Assembly (NCBI GenBank): GCA_963822965.1
Contig: CAWGJT010000005.1
Span: 544,001-608,000 of the forward strand
Reading direction: 5' to 3'
Origin: an uncultured delta proteobacterium
GTDB taxonomy: Bacteria > Myxococcota_A > UBA9160 > UBA4427
Length of the DNA stretch: 64,000 bases
The position numbers were made by a program, and so were the translations under genes. Below are positions 38,355 through 51,112 of the stretch, in pieces. Positions within the stretch are counted from its first letter, which is position 1, and the number at the start of each line of letters is the position of its first letter. The notes below the pieces were generated by a model, which did no database searches, was not told the DNA's origin, and worked only from the letters and a program-made list of their open reading frames with translations.

Positions 38355-40247
38355 CTAGAGCGCCCGCTCCATCAGCTCGGCCACCTTGCGGCTGAAGCCG
38401 GCGGGATCGTCGAGCTGTCCGCCGCCGGCCAGCACCGCCTGCCCGAACAGCAGCTCCGCCGCGCTCGCGATGCGCGGATCCGTGCCGTCTTCCGCCTGGA
38501 TGCGCTTGAGCTTCACGAGCAGCGGATGCTCCGGGTTGAGCTCCAGGATGGGCTTCGCGTGGGGCACCTCCTGGCCCGCCTGGCGCAGCATCTCCTCGAT
38601 CTGCGGCGACAGGTCGCCTTCGTCGCGCACCAGGCAGGAGGGCGACTCCGTGAGCCGGCGCGAGAGGCGAACCTCCTTCACCTGGTCCTGGATGGCGGCG
38701 CGCACGGCGGCGACGAGGCCCTTGTAGTCGCTCTCCTGCTCCTCGGCCCGGGCGGCGGCCTGCTCCTTCTCCTCGTCGCTGCCCAGGGCGACGTCGCCTT
38801 CGGCAGCGGACTGGAAGTGCTTGCCCCGATACTCGGGCGGGGCCTGCTGCAGCCACACCTCGTCCACGGGGTCGGTGAAGAGCAGCACCTCGATCCCCCG
38901 GGCGCGGAACGCCTCGAGCTGCGGGGACGACGCCAGCACCCGGCGCGACGGTCCGGAGAGGTAGTAGATGGCTTCCTGGTCCTCGGGCATGCGCTCCACG
39001 TACTCGTCGAGGGCGGTCAGCCGGCTCTCGTGCGCGGTGGAGGCACACAGGGTCAGATCGAGGATGCGTTCCTTCTTCTCCGTCCAGTCGAGCAGGCCCT
39101 CCTTCAGCACGGGACCGAACTCGGCCCAGAAGGCCAGGTACTTCTCGGCGTCGTCGCGCTTCAGGGCCTGTAGCGCCTCGAGCACCTTCTTCGTCAGGTG
39201 CTTCCGGATGGCCCGGATCTGGGCGTCCTGCTGCAGGATCTCCCGGGAGACGTTGAGCGGCAGGTCCTCGGCGTCGACCACGCCGCGCACGAAGCGGAGG
39301 TATTCGGGCACCAGGTCGCGGCACTCGTCCATGATGAACACGCGCTTCACGTAGAGCTGGATGCCCCGGTGAGCCCGCTCCCGGTGGTAGAGGTCGAAGG
39401 GCGCCCGGGAGGGCACGTACAGGAGCGCTCTCGCCTCGAAGTTGCCCTCGATCCTCACCGGGACGCGCAGCAGGGGGTCCCGCTGGTCGTGGGAGATGTG
39501 GTGGTAGAACTCGGCGTGCTCTTCGTCGCTCACCTGGTCGACGGGTCTCGTCCAGATGGCCTTCATGGAGTTGAGGGGCTTCTCGGGCTGCTCGTCGCGG
39601 CCGGCGACCACGAGCCGGATGGGATAGGCGACGAAGTCCGAGTAGCGCTTGACCACGTCGCGCAGCACCCACTCGTCCGTGAAGTCCGCGATGCCGGCGT
39701 CGGCGTCCACGGGCTTCAGGTGCAGGGTCACGCTCGTGCCGGACTCGTCCCGCTTCGCCTCGGCCACCGTGTAGCGACCCTCGGCCGAAGACTCCCAGGC
39801 CGTCGCGGGCTCGCCGCTGCCGGCCCGACGCGTGGTCAGCTCCACCTTGTCGGCCACCATGAAGCTCGAGTAGAAGCCCACGCCGAACTGGCCGATCAGG
39901 TCGATGGCCGCCTCGCCCTTGCGGTCGCCCTGCTGCTTCAGGAACTCGGCCGTGCCCGAGCGCGCGATGGTGCCGATCTGGGAGATCACCTCGTCCCGGG
40001 TCATGCCGATGCCGTTGTCGGCGACGCACAGGGTGCGGGCCTCCGGATCGGCCCGCAGGGTGATGCAGAGCTCGCCTTCGGGCAGCAGGGCCGGATCGGT
40101 CAGGCCGGCGAAGCGCAGCCGGTCCAGGGCGTCCGACGCGTTCGAGATCAGCTCGCGCAGGAAGATCTCCTTGTGCGAGTAGAGGGAGTGGATCATCAGG
40201 TCGAGCAGCTGCTGGGTCTCGGCCCGGAACTCGTAGGTCTCGCTCAT
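38355..40247 (-). CDS. htpG: Molecular chaperone HtpG (Hsp90)
   Basis: YSHKEIFLRELISNASDA, IGQFGVGFYS, LPLNVSRE. Confidence 0.97.
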   Translation of the reverse strand: MSETYEFRAETQQLLDLMIHSLYSHKEIFLRELISNASDALDRLRFAGLTDPALLPEGELCITLRADPEARTLCVADNGIGMTRDEVISQIGTIARSGTAEFLKQQGDRKGEAAIDLIGQFGVGFYSSFMVADKVELTTRRAGSGEPATAWESSAEGRYTVAEAKRDESGTSVTLHLKPVDADAGIADFTDEWVLRDVVKRYSDFVAYPIRLVVAGRDEQPEKPLNSMKAIWTRPVDQVSDEEHAEFYHHISHDQRDPLLRVPVRIEGNFEARALLYVPSRAPFDLYHRERAHRGIQLYVKRVFIMDECRDLVPEYLRFVRGVVDAEDLPLNVSREILQQDAQIRAIRKHLTKKVLEALQALKRDDAEKYLAFWAEFGPVLKEGLLDWTEKKERILDLTLCASTAHESRLTALDEYVERMPEDQEAIYYLSGPSRRVLASSPQLEAFRARGIEVLLFTDPVDEVWLQQAPPEYRGKHFQSAAEGDVALGSDEEKEQAAARAEEQESDYKGLVAAVRAAIQDQVKEVRLSRRLTESPSCLVRDEGDLSPQIEEMLRQAGQEVPHAKPILELNPEHPLLVKLKRIQAEDGTDPRIASAAELLFGQAVLAGGGQLDDPAGFSRKVAELMERAL

Positions 40248-40368
40248 GCCAGGTCTCCGTGCGCGCTCGTGGTGGGGCGGTCGCACCATTCCGGGACTCC
40301 CGCGGGGGCAGGGCCCGCGATCGTCGGGCCAGTATCTTAGGCACCTTCGCCCCAGGGCAACCCCAGGA

Positions 40369-40407
40369 GCTGCATTCATCTCGAATATTGAGATAAGCTG
40401 ATGCAGC
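40369..40407. promoter_or_regulatory. AT-rich nested inverted repeat upstream of metH (candidate operator)
   Basis: GCTGCAT..ATCTC-GAATATT-GAGAT..ATGCAGC; TACCAT -10-like hexamer at 40421. Confidence 0.5.
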
Positions 40408-40465
40408 CTGTCTGCCGATGTACCATCGGCCCCGGTCTCCCCGCGAACCACAGCGAGGACCCCGC

Positions 40466-44142
<3,677 letters not shown>

Positions 44143-44167
<25 letters not shown>

Positions 44168-45040
44168 TCGGCCCGGCCCTCGTCGTCGATTCCGGCGAGG
44201 AGGGCGGCGGCCACCAGTCCCCAGCACTGTCCCGGGCTGAGCCGCGACGGCTCCATCCGGATGCGGATCTGGTTGACGTCGCGCAGGAAGGGACCGAAGC
44301 CGACGAAGCGCCGCTCGATCCGGCCGACCTCCTCCCCGACGGTGTCGATCACCCGCAAGGCAGAACGGATGCGCGGTGTCGGTCTTCACCTGGACGATGC
44401 CGCGGTCCAGGCTGGAGACGATCCGGAACGCCGCCGGCTCCTCCCCGGGCTTCCACTGCACGAAGCCCTGCTGGTGGCCGAGCTCGTCCAACAGATAGAG
44501 CGGGTCGCCCGCACGCTCGAGCACGAAGGTCTGGCCGCTGACGCGGTCGAGCACGTGGAAGTGGAGATCGGACGCCAGTCGGACCGACGACGGCGAGGTC
44601 CCGGCAGGTCCCGTGCCCGCCACCTGCTGCACCTCGCCCAGCTCGCGCCCCGCCGCATCGCAGACGAGATAGCGACGGAGGACCGCGGGCGTGCGCGCCT
44701 GGACCGTCCCCTCGCACAGGACCAGCTCGTCGCTCTGGCTGATGAGCCGTCCCACCGAAGCCGGTGCCGCGCGAACGGCGCGGGCGTCCCGCAGCGCCTC
44801 GCTCACCACCGCGTCCTCGCGATCGACCACCGCAGGGGACGGCGCGCCCAGGCGCTCGGCCAGCGTGGCCTCGGCCGCCGCGCGACCGAGCCGCAGCACG
44901 AGCAGGTGCCGGGCCTCGTCCCAGGTGGGCGCCCGACGGTCCGCGGTCGGGTCGACCGACGCGCGATCGGCCTCGAGCCAGGCGGCCCGCAGGCGCCCGC
45001 TCGCACGCTCGATGTCGGCCTTGCGATGGAGATCGGTCAT
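44143..45040 (-). CDS. Hypothetical protein with scramblase/LURP-one (Tubby-C-like) C-terminal domain; frameshift near 44360
   Basis: Repeated beta-hairpin pattern ([43 protein letters not shown]) ending in a hydrophobic helix GLVAAALL..D; length 3n+1. Confidence 0.55.
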
Positions 45041-45205
45041 GGATCGTGTCCCGGCCTTGCCGGCGTCTCTCGTGGGGCCTCGGAGTCTCGGTTCGGCACC
45101 CGGTCGGATCGGCCATTCCGCGGCGCGACCTGAGGTGGCCGGCTTCGCGGTGGGGGACGGCTCGCGTACAATGCCGAGCCGCTCCGGAGCTGCCAGGAGA
45201 TGCCG

Positions 45206-48112
45206 ATGAAACGCCCCCATCGCCCCGTGACGCGATCCGCCACGTCCGGAGCGCTCCTCGTCGCGATCTCCCTGCTGGCGCTGGTGCTCCCGGGGCGCTC
45301 GCGAGCGGTCGAGCCCACCTCGCCCTTCCAGGTGGTGGTCTCCCTGGAGGCGAACCCCCAGGGGAGCGCGCGGAGCCGATACGAGGAGATCCTCCAGGAC
45401 TTCGCCAATACGGTCTACGACGCCACCGAGGGCGCGCATCGCATCGAGCGGGTTCTCGTCTTCACGGGGGCGTCGGCGCACGACCGGGCGGACGTCATCT
45501 GGCAGCGCAGCGGTCGTCCCGAGTCGGCCCTGGACGGGATTCGCGGCGACGGGCACGTCTACATGGCGAGCATCTTCACGGGGGGCGGGCCGGGCGGCGA
45601 CGCCCTGCCGCTGGTCACGAACCTCGACGCCGCCGACCCGCGCGCGGCGGGCGCCGTCCTCGCCCACGAGTGGGCCCACTACGCGTACGGCCTGCTCGAC
45701 GAGCACGTCGTCGCTCCGGGGGACGTGCCGGTTTCGCCCTCGCTCATGCACTCCCCGTGGCAGGTGAGCGACGCCGATCGGTCGTGGCGCAACTTCTCCA
45801 TCGCCGGTCCCGGGACCGGCCCCTTCCAGGACACCGGCCTCACCGCGCAGCACCGCGCCTACCTGCGCAGTGCCTGGGAGCTGCTCACCGACGCGCCCGA
45901 CATCGGCGCCCGGCTGACGGCGCCGATTCCCGGTGCCGTCAGCCGCGTCTTCTACGGCGACCTCGTGGCTCCGGCCGCGCTGCCCCTCGAGCAGGGCCCC
46001 GCTCCCGCCGTCACCATCGAGTGGCCGGAGCCCTGCTCGGCCTACGTGATCGCCATCGACAACTCGGGCAGCATGACCGGCCAGCGCCTGGCGATCGCCA
46101 AGAGCCTGGCGGCGGTGCTGCTCGCCTCCTTCTCGGCCGACTCCACCGAGCTCACGGTGCTGAGCTTCAGCAGCACGGCGACCGACCGCCTCGGCCCGGC
46201 GATCGTGAGCGACGACGACCTCGGCGGCGGCGTCACCCAGCGCGATCTCTTCCAGGACGCCATCGATCAGATCGCGGCGGTTCCCGCGACCACGAGCTTC
46301 GCGGCGGCGCTGGCCGCAGCGTTCGGTCATCTCGACGGCGCGGTGGACGCGTGCGAAGCCAGCAGCACCCGCGCCGTCTTCTTCCTGTCGGACGGCACGA
46401 ACGGAGTCGAGGACTACAGCGGTCCGCTCGGGGACCTGGCCGCCGCGGGGGTGCCCATCTACGCCCTCGACGTCAACGACTTCGATCCCGACGCCACCAG
46501 CAACGAGATGACGCCGCTGGTGGCGGCGACGGGGGGCATCCTGCTGGGTCCCACCGCCGGCTTCGGCGAGACCCAGGCCGCCTTCCGCGAGGCCAACGCC
46601 CCGACCGGGACGATCCACCCGCTGGAGGCGGGAACCGCCACGGTTCCGCCCGGCTCGCCCGGCACCGACGTCCTGCTCTCGACGATCACCGTGGACCCGA
46701 GCCTGGAGCGCTTCACGCTGTGTGCGGCGGAGAACGCGCCCATCGGCTCGCTGACCCTGCGCAGTCCCGACGGCACTCCCTTCACCCCCATCGCCGAACG
46801 GGCCAGCGAGCCGGGGGTCCCGGGCGACGACTGCAGCACCTTCTTCGCCATCGACTCTCCGCCCCAGGCGGGCGCGTGGACTCTCTCGGCCCGGCCGGCC
46901 TCGGGCGTCGCCACGAGCGCGGCCGTCTCGTACGCCGCCTTCGGACAGAGCCTGGGCGACTCGATCGTGCTCGGCGCCCTGCTCGGCAACGCGAGCGGCA
47001 CGCCGGTGACCTATCCCGAGCCCCTCTACGTGATCGCCAGCCTCGGACGCGAGCTTCCCGTCGTGGGGGCGCGCATCGAGGCGAGCCTCGACGGCGGCAG
47101 CCCCTTCCCCCTGCGCGACGACGGCGTGCCGCCGGACGCCTTTGCCGGCGACGGCCGCTACACGGGCGCCCTCCCCTACGAGAGCGACGGCATGCACGAG
47201 GTGCTCGTGACCGCGCGCAACTCGCTCGACATCGCGGCGTACTCGAATCGAGGCCTGGTCCGCGCCCCGAACATCGACGGCAACCCGCTTCCGGCCGACC
47301 CGGACGTGCCGATCGGCGGTCCCCTCCTGCGCTCCGTCGCGCTGCAGGTCGAGACTGTGGGAATGGCGACGCCGGTCACCCAGCTCGACGATCCCGACGT
47401 CGCCGTGAACGGACGCATCTCCAGCGCCGGCGAGGTGGACCTCTTCACGGTCGATCTCGCGGCCATCGACGCGGCGCTGATGAATCCCGGCGCTCTCGAG
47501 GTGAGGGTCTCGGGTTCGCTGCTCGGCATGGTGCCGGACCTTCGGGTCTACGACGGCCCGCCCGGCGACCCCGGAACGAGCCTGCTCGGGCGGGCGACGG
47601 CCAGCGGAGGCGCGAGCGGTGTGGTGGTCCCGGTCCAGGCGAGCGCCGGCACGGTCACCGCGGAGGTCCGACACACGCAGGGGGGCATCGGCAGCTACCA
47701 GATCAGCGCGGGTGCGGTGCTCGGGCTCGCCTTCGGAGACGCCGGCCTCTCGAGCTCACCCTGCGACCTCGCCCTGGCGGACAAGAACGACGCGCTGGAC
47801 TCGCTCCAGGCGGGCCTCGACGGCGTCCCGGCCGCGATCGTGCTCGTCGAGGAGAGCCGCGGGCTCGAGCAGGCGATGATCGAGAGCATCCGCCTGCTCG
47901 CGAACGCACCCGCAGACACGGGCGGGGCCGGCCGCTTCCTGAACCGGGCGGCCAACCGGGACTCGAAGGCGCTCAAGCGCTTGCGAAGAGCCGAGGAGCG
48001 CAACCGCGGAAAGGAGCTGAAGGGAGCGCGCCGCAAGATCGAGAACGCGCGAGAGAAGCTCCAGAAGGCCTGCCGGATGCTGCCCGACGGCGGGGCGAGC
48101 CTGCTGCCCTGA
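45206..48112 (+). CDS. Secreted CLCA-like zinc metalloprotease with vWA domain
   Basis: Signal peptide; HEWAHYAYGLLDE; IDNSGSM MIDAS and FLSDG; LRDDG..PD..AGDGRYTG; AGGAG RBS. Confidence 0.8.
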   Translation: MKRPHRPVTRSATSGALLVAISLLALVLPGRSRAVEPTSPFQVVVSLEANPQGSARSRYEEILQDFANTVYDATEGAHRIERVLVFTGASAHDRADVIWQRSGRPESALDGIRGDGHVYMASIFTGGGPGGDALPLVTNLDAADPRAAGAVLAHEWAHYAYGLLDEHVVAPGDVPVSPSLMHSPWQVSDADRSWRNFSIAGPGTGPFQDTGLTAQHRAYLRSAWELLTDAPDIGARLTAPIPGAVSRVFYGDLVAPAALPLEQGPAPAVTIEWPEPCSAYVIAIDNSGSMTGQRLAIAKSLAAVLLASFSADSTELTVLSFSSTATDRLGPAIVSDDDLGGGVTQRDLFQDAIDQIAAVPATTSFAAALAAAFGHLDGAVDACEASSTRAVFFLSDGTNGVEDYSGPLGDLAAAGVPIYALDVNDFDPDATSNEMTPLVAATGGILLGPTAGFGETQAAFREANAPTGTIHPLEAGTATVPPGSPGTDVLLSTITVDPSLERFTLCAAENAPIGSLTLRSPDGTPFTPIAERASEPGVPGDDCSTFFAIDSPPQAGAWTLSARPASGVATSAAVSYAAFGQSLGDSIVLGALLGNASGTPVTYPEPLYVIASLGRELPVVGARIEASLDGGSPFPLRDDGVPPDAFAGDGRYTGALPYESDGMHEVLVTARNSLDIAAYSNRGLVRAPNIDGNPLPADPDVPIGGPLLRSVALQVETVGMATPVTQLDDPDVAVNGRISSAGEVDLFTVDLAAIDAALMNPGALEVRVSGSLLGMVPDLRVYDGPPGDPGTSLLGRATASGGASGVVVPVQASAGTVTAEVRHTQGGIGSYQISAGAVLGLAFGDAGLSSSPCDLALADKNDALDSLQAGLDGVPAAIVLVEESRGLEQAMIESIRLLANAPADTGGAGRFLNRAANRDSKALKRLRRAEERNRGKELKGARRKIENAREKLQKACRMLPDGGASLLP

Positions 48113-48118
48113 TCGCTC

Positions 48119-48403
48119 TCAGCCGGCGGTGGGAAGCACCGCGTTCGCCGGCGGCGCCTCCGACATGCTGTCCGGCTCCAGGGTCTCGCCGGCCGTGACG
48201 GGAGCGGCGTGCAGCTCCTGGTCCGAGACGGGCTCGAAGGGCGAGACGGGGCGCTCGATCACGTGGACGACTCCGGCCGAGAGCGCGGCAGCCGTCGCGA
48301 TCGCGAAGACCGCGAGGGCGAGCTGAAGCGCGAGGCGAAGGTTCGTGCGACTCCACCTGCCGCGGCGATGGCGCGTCTGGACCAGGCCCGAGGGACGACC
48401 CAC
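48119..48403 (-). CDS. Possible small membrane-anchored protein (start uncertain)
   Basis: Hydrophobic LALQLALAVFAIATAAALSAGVV then an acidic tail; G/C-ending codons. Confidence 0.35.
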   Translation of the reverse strand: MGRPSGLVQTRHRRGRWSRTNLRLALQLALAVFAIATAAALSAGVVHVIERPVSPFEPVSDQELHAAPVTAGETLEPDSMSEAPPANAVLPTAG

Positions 48404-48605
48404 GATTTGCTCCCGGCTGGGGAGCGCAGCACGCGCTCCCGGCTCGTGTAGGGGTATCGGGTGTTCGCCGGGGTCGCTTGATGCGCGGAGGCGACGCCCG
48501 GATCGCCGCGAGGGTCGATCTCCGGGCGCCGGGTCTCCGGGAGCCGGCAGGCAGGCGGCAGCCCACCGGCAACGCACCCCGCCGGCCGGCTCCCGCGCGC
48601 CGGCG

Positions 48606-49109
48606 TCAGCCCGCGAAGTGGCCGACCAGCCGCCCGGTCTCCGGATCGATCCGGGACCAGGACGTCTCGGGCAGCTCGAGCTCCACGACCGCCCCCGGCG
48701 CCAGGCCGCGCGCGAGCCCGCGCAGGGCGGTCGCGTCGCCGCTTCCGGCCAGCCTCGCCGCCAGGTCGGCCAGGCCGGGATTGTGGGCCACCACCAGCAG
48801 ACGGGCGACGGCGCCTGCCGTCGACCGCACCTCCTCGAAGAGCTTCCAGGCCGAAGCCAGGTACAGGTCGTCGCAGAGCCGCCACGCCGGCGCCCCGGGA
48901 AGCGCCGACAGCACCACGCGCAGGGTCTCCACGGCTCGCGTGGCCGAAGAGCACACCACCTGGTCGGGCGGCTCATGCCGGCTTGCCAGCCACGCGCCGA
49001 CCCCCGCGGCGCCGCGCCGACCGCGCGCGCTGAGGGGGCGCGCGTGATCCGGCGAGTGTGCGTTCCCCGGCTCGGCGTGGGCGTGACGCAGGAGATAGAG
49101 CCTCAACAT
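48606..49109 (-). CDS. SixA-like histidine phosphatase
   Basis: LYLLRHA, RPLSARG, SSATRA.ET, VVAHNPGL. Confidence 0.88.
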   Translation of the reverse strand: MLRLYLLRHAHAEPGNAHSPDHARPLSARGRRGAAGVGAWLASRHEPPDQVVCSSATRAVETLRVVLSALPGAPAWRLCDDLYLASAWKLFEEVRSTAGAVARLLVVAHNPGLADLAARLAGSGDATALRGLARGLAPGAVVELELPETSWSRIDPETGRLVGHFAG

Positions 49110-49214
49110 CGGAGCTAGGGTCCCCCGCGCGCGCGGGTTGGGCAACGTCCCGGGACGGGTGGGGCTCCGCGGGGCTCGGAGCGCACGCGCCTCGGCGCGA
49201 GCCCGGGCGGTCCG

Positions 49215-50564
49215 TCAGACGGCGCGGCGACCCCGCAGGACCATGGGAACCCCCGCCTCGGGTGCCAGGGTGAGGTTGCGTCGGACCATCCGCAACGGAC
49301 GCTCCGAGGCGAGCGCCAGCTCGTAGCGCGGCAGCAGGGTCGCCAGCACCACGGCGATCTCGTTCATCGCGAAGGCGTCGCCCAGGCAGCGACGGTGGCC
49401 GCCACCGAAGGGCAGGTGCTCGTCCGGTCCGTAGCGGCGCTCGAGGAAGCGGTCCGGCCGGAAGCGCGTGGGATCCGGGTACAGCTCCGGGTCGTTGTGG
49501 ATCATCACGATGGAGGCCGACACGGTGACACCGGCGGGGATCTCGTATCCCTGGAACGGAAAGCGGTCCTTCACGGTCCGGAACACCTCGCTGATGATCG
49601 GATGGATCCGCAGCGTCTCGTCCACGACTGCGCGCAGGAAGGAAAGCTTCCCGAAGGCCTCCGGCGCGGGATCGGGTCCCAGCTCGCCGATCTCGGCGCG
49701 CAGCCGCGCCAGCATCTCGGGATGGCGGTGCAGCTCGTAGAAGATCCAGGCCAGCGTGGTGGCGGTCGTCTCGTGTCCGGCGACGAGCAGGGTCAGCAGC
49801 TGGGAGCAGATGTCGTCGTCCGACATCGCCGAGCCGTCCTCGAAGCGCGCGGACAGCATCTGACTCAGGACGTCGTCCCCGCCCGCGTCGCCCCGGGCGA
49901 GCGCGCGCCGCCGGGTGGCCAGATGCGCCTGCAGGACGGCGTCGAGCCGGCGCTTCTCGCGGACGAAGCGCGCCCACGGACCGTAGCCCCCGAGCTCGCG
50001 CTGCAGCGCCTTGAAGAAGAACGGGACGGGATGCGCCGCGTCGATCGCGTGGGTCACCGCCTCGCCGAAACGTTCCGCCTCGCGGGTCGACTGCACGCCG
50101 AAGATCGCGCGCAGGATCACCTCGAGGGCGATCCCCTGCAGGCTCGCGTGGATCGGAAAGGCCGGCCCCTCCTTCCAGCGGTCCGCGTGTCGCAGGGCCG
50201 TGTCGCGGACGAGCGTCCCATAGGTCCGCACGCGCGAGCCGTGGAAGAAGGGCGAGAGCAGCTTGCGCTCCCGCCGGTGACGCTCGCCGGCCAGCAGGAG
50301 CAGAGAGCCGCTACCGACGACCGGCGCCACCGCCTCCACACCGAAGCCCGCGACGAAGCTCTCGCTGCGCGCGCGAAAGAGCTCCCGCGCACCTTCGGCC
50401 CGCCCGCTGATGACGAGGAGCCCGTTCAGGGTGGGCAGGGTGAAGAGGGTGCCGTAGTCCCGGCGCATCTCCTCGTAGAATCGGAAGGGGTCGCGCAGCA
50501 CCCGGAGGCTCTGGAGGATCGCGGAACGGGGCCCTTTCGGGAGCTTCCTCCGGGATACCGACAT
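49215..50564 (-). CDS. Cytochrome P450
   Basis: AGHETT I-helix, ETLR, PDRF, FGGGHRRCLG heme motif. Confidence 0.95.
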   Translation of the reverse strand: MSVSRRKLPKGPRSAILQSLRVLRDPFRFYEEMRRDYGTLFTLPTLNGLLVISGRAEGARELFRARSESFVAGFGVEAVAPVVGSGSLLLLAGERHRRERKLLSPFFHGSRVRTYGTLVRDTALRHADRWKEGPAFPIHASLQGIALEVILRAIFGVQSTREAERFGEAVTHAIDAAHPVPFFFKALQRELGGYGPWARFVREKRRLDAVLQAHLATRRRALARGDAGGDDVLSQMLSARFEDGSAMSDDDICSQLLTLLVAGHETTATTLAWIFYELHRHPEMLARLRAEIGELGPDPAPEAFGKLSFLRAVVDETLRIHPIISEVFRTVKDRFPFQGYEIPAGVTVSASIVMIHNDPELYPDPTRFRPDRFLERRYGPDEHLPFGGGHRRCLGDAFAMNEIAVVLATLLPRYELALASERPLRMVRRNLTLAPEAGVPMVLRGRRAV

Positions 50565-50626
50565 GGGCGGATCCCTCCCTGGATCGAGGTCGCGCTCCAT
50601 CATGCACGAGTCCTCACGGGAGGGAA

Positions 50627-50663
50627 TGCAGCGCGGGGTTGCGCGATGCAACGTCTGGTTGCG
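50627..50663. promoter_or_regulatory. Two tandem imperfect palindromes at 20-bp spacing (candidate operator)
   Basis: TGCAGCGCGGGGTTGCG (50627) and TGCAACGTCTGGTTGCG (50647). Confidence 0.5.
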
Positions 50664-50743
50664 GGGGCGCGCTTCGGATCGCACCCAGACGGCACCGGCC
50701 GTCGCTCTCTCGCACGCGCTCGCGCGGCCATATACTCGGAGCC

Positions 50744-51028
50744 ATGTCGGATCCCTCGAGCCCGCCCGGCCGCCGCCCGCGCGACTACGCGCGGACGCTC
50801 GGCGTCGTCGAAGCGTTCACCGTCGTGTGCGAGCAGTGTCCCAGCGGGGCCGTGCGGGGCGTGGCCGAGCGGGCGCTCGCGGCCGTGAAGAGCGATCCGA
50901 CCGCGCTGCGCCAGCAGGCGTACTTCGTGTTGACGGCCATACAAGGCTGGCGGGGCGAGCGCGCCAGCCAGGTGCATCGATCGCTGTCCGCCTTCCTCGA
51001 TTCGAAGGCCGGCGGAAAGAACGCCTGA
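50744..51028 (+). CDS. Small hypothetical helical protein
   Basis: 94-aa ORF with GC3-biased codons; TATACT 7 nt before ATG. Confidence 0.6.
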   Translation: MSDPSSPPGRRPRDYARTLGVVEAFTVVCEQCPSGAVRGVAERALAAVKSDPTALRQQAYFVLTAIQGWRGERASQVHRSLSAFLDSKAGGKNA

Positions 51029-51112
51029 GTCGTCGCGACGCCCTCCGCCCCTGTCGCGATGCGGGGGCCCCTGCTAACAACGTGCCGCGCGGGGTGGGAG
51101 GAAGTGGCATCC

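Noticed and set aside
40248..40465. SAM/SAH/cobalamin riboswitch upstream of metH
   Set aside because: Could not find the conserved cores by eye; an Rfam/Infernal scan would be decisive
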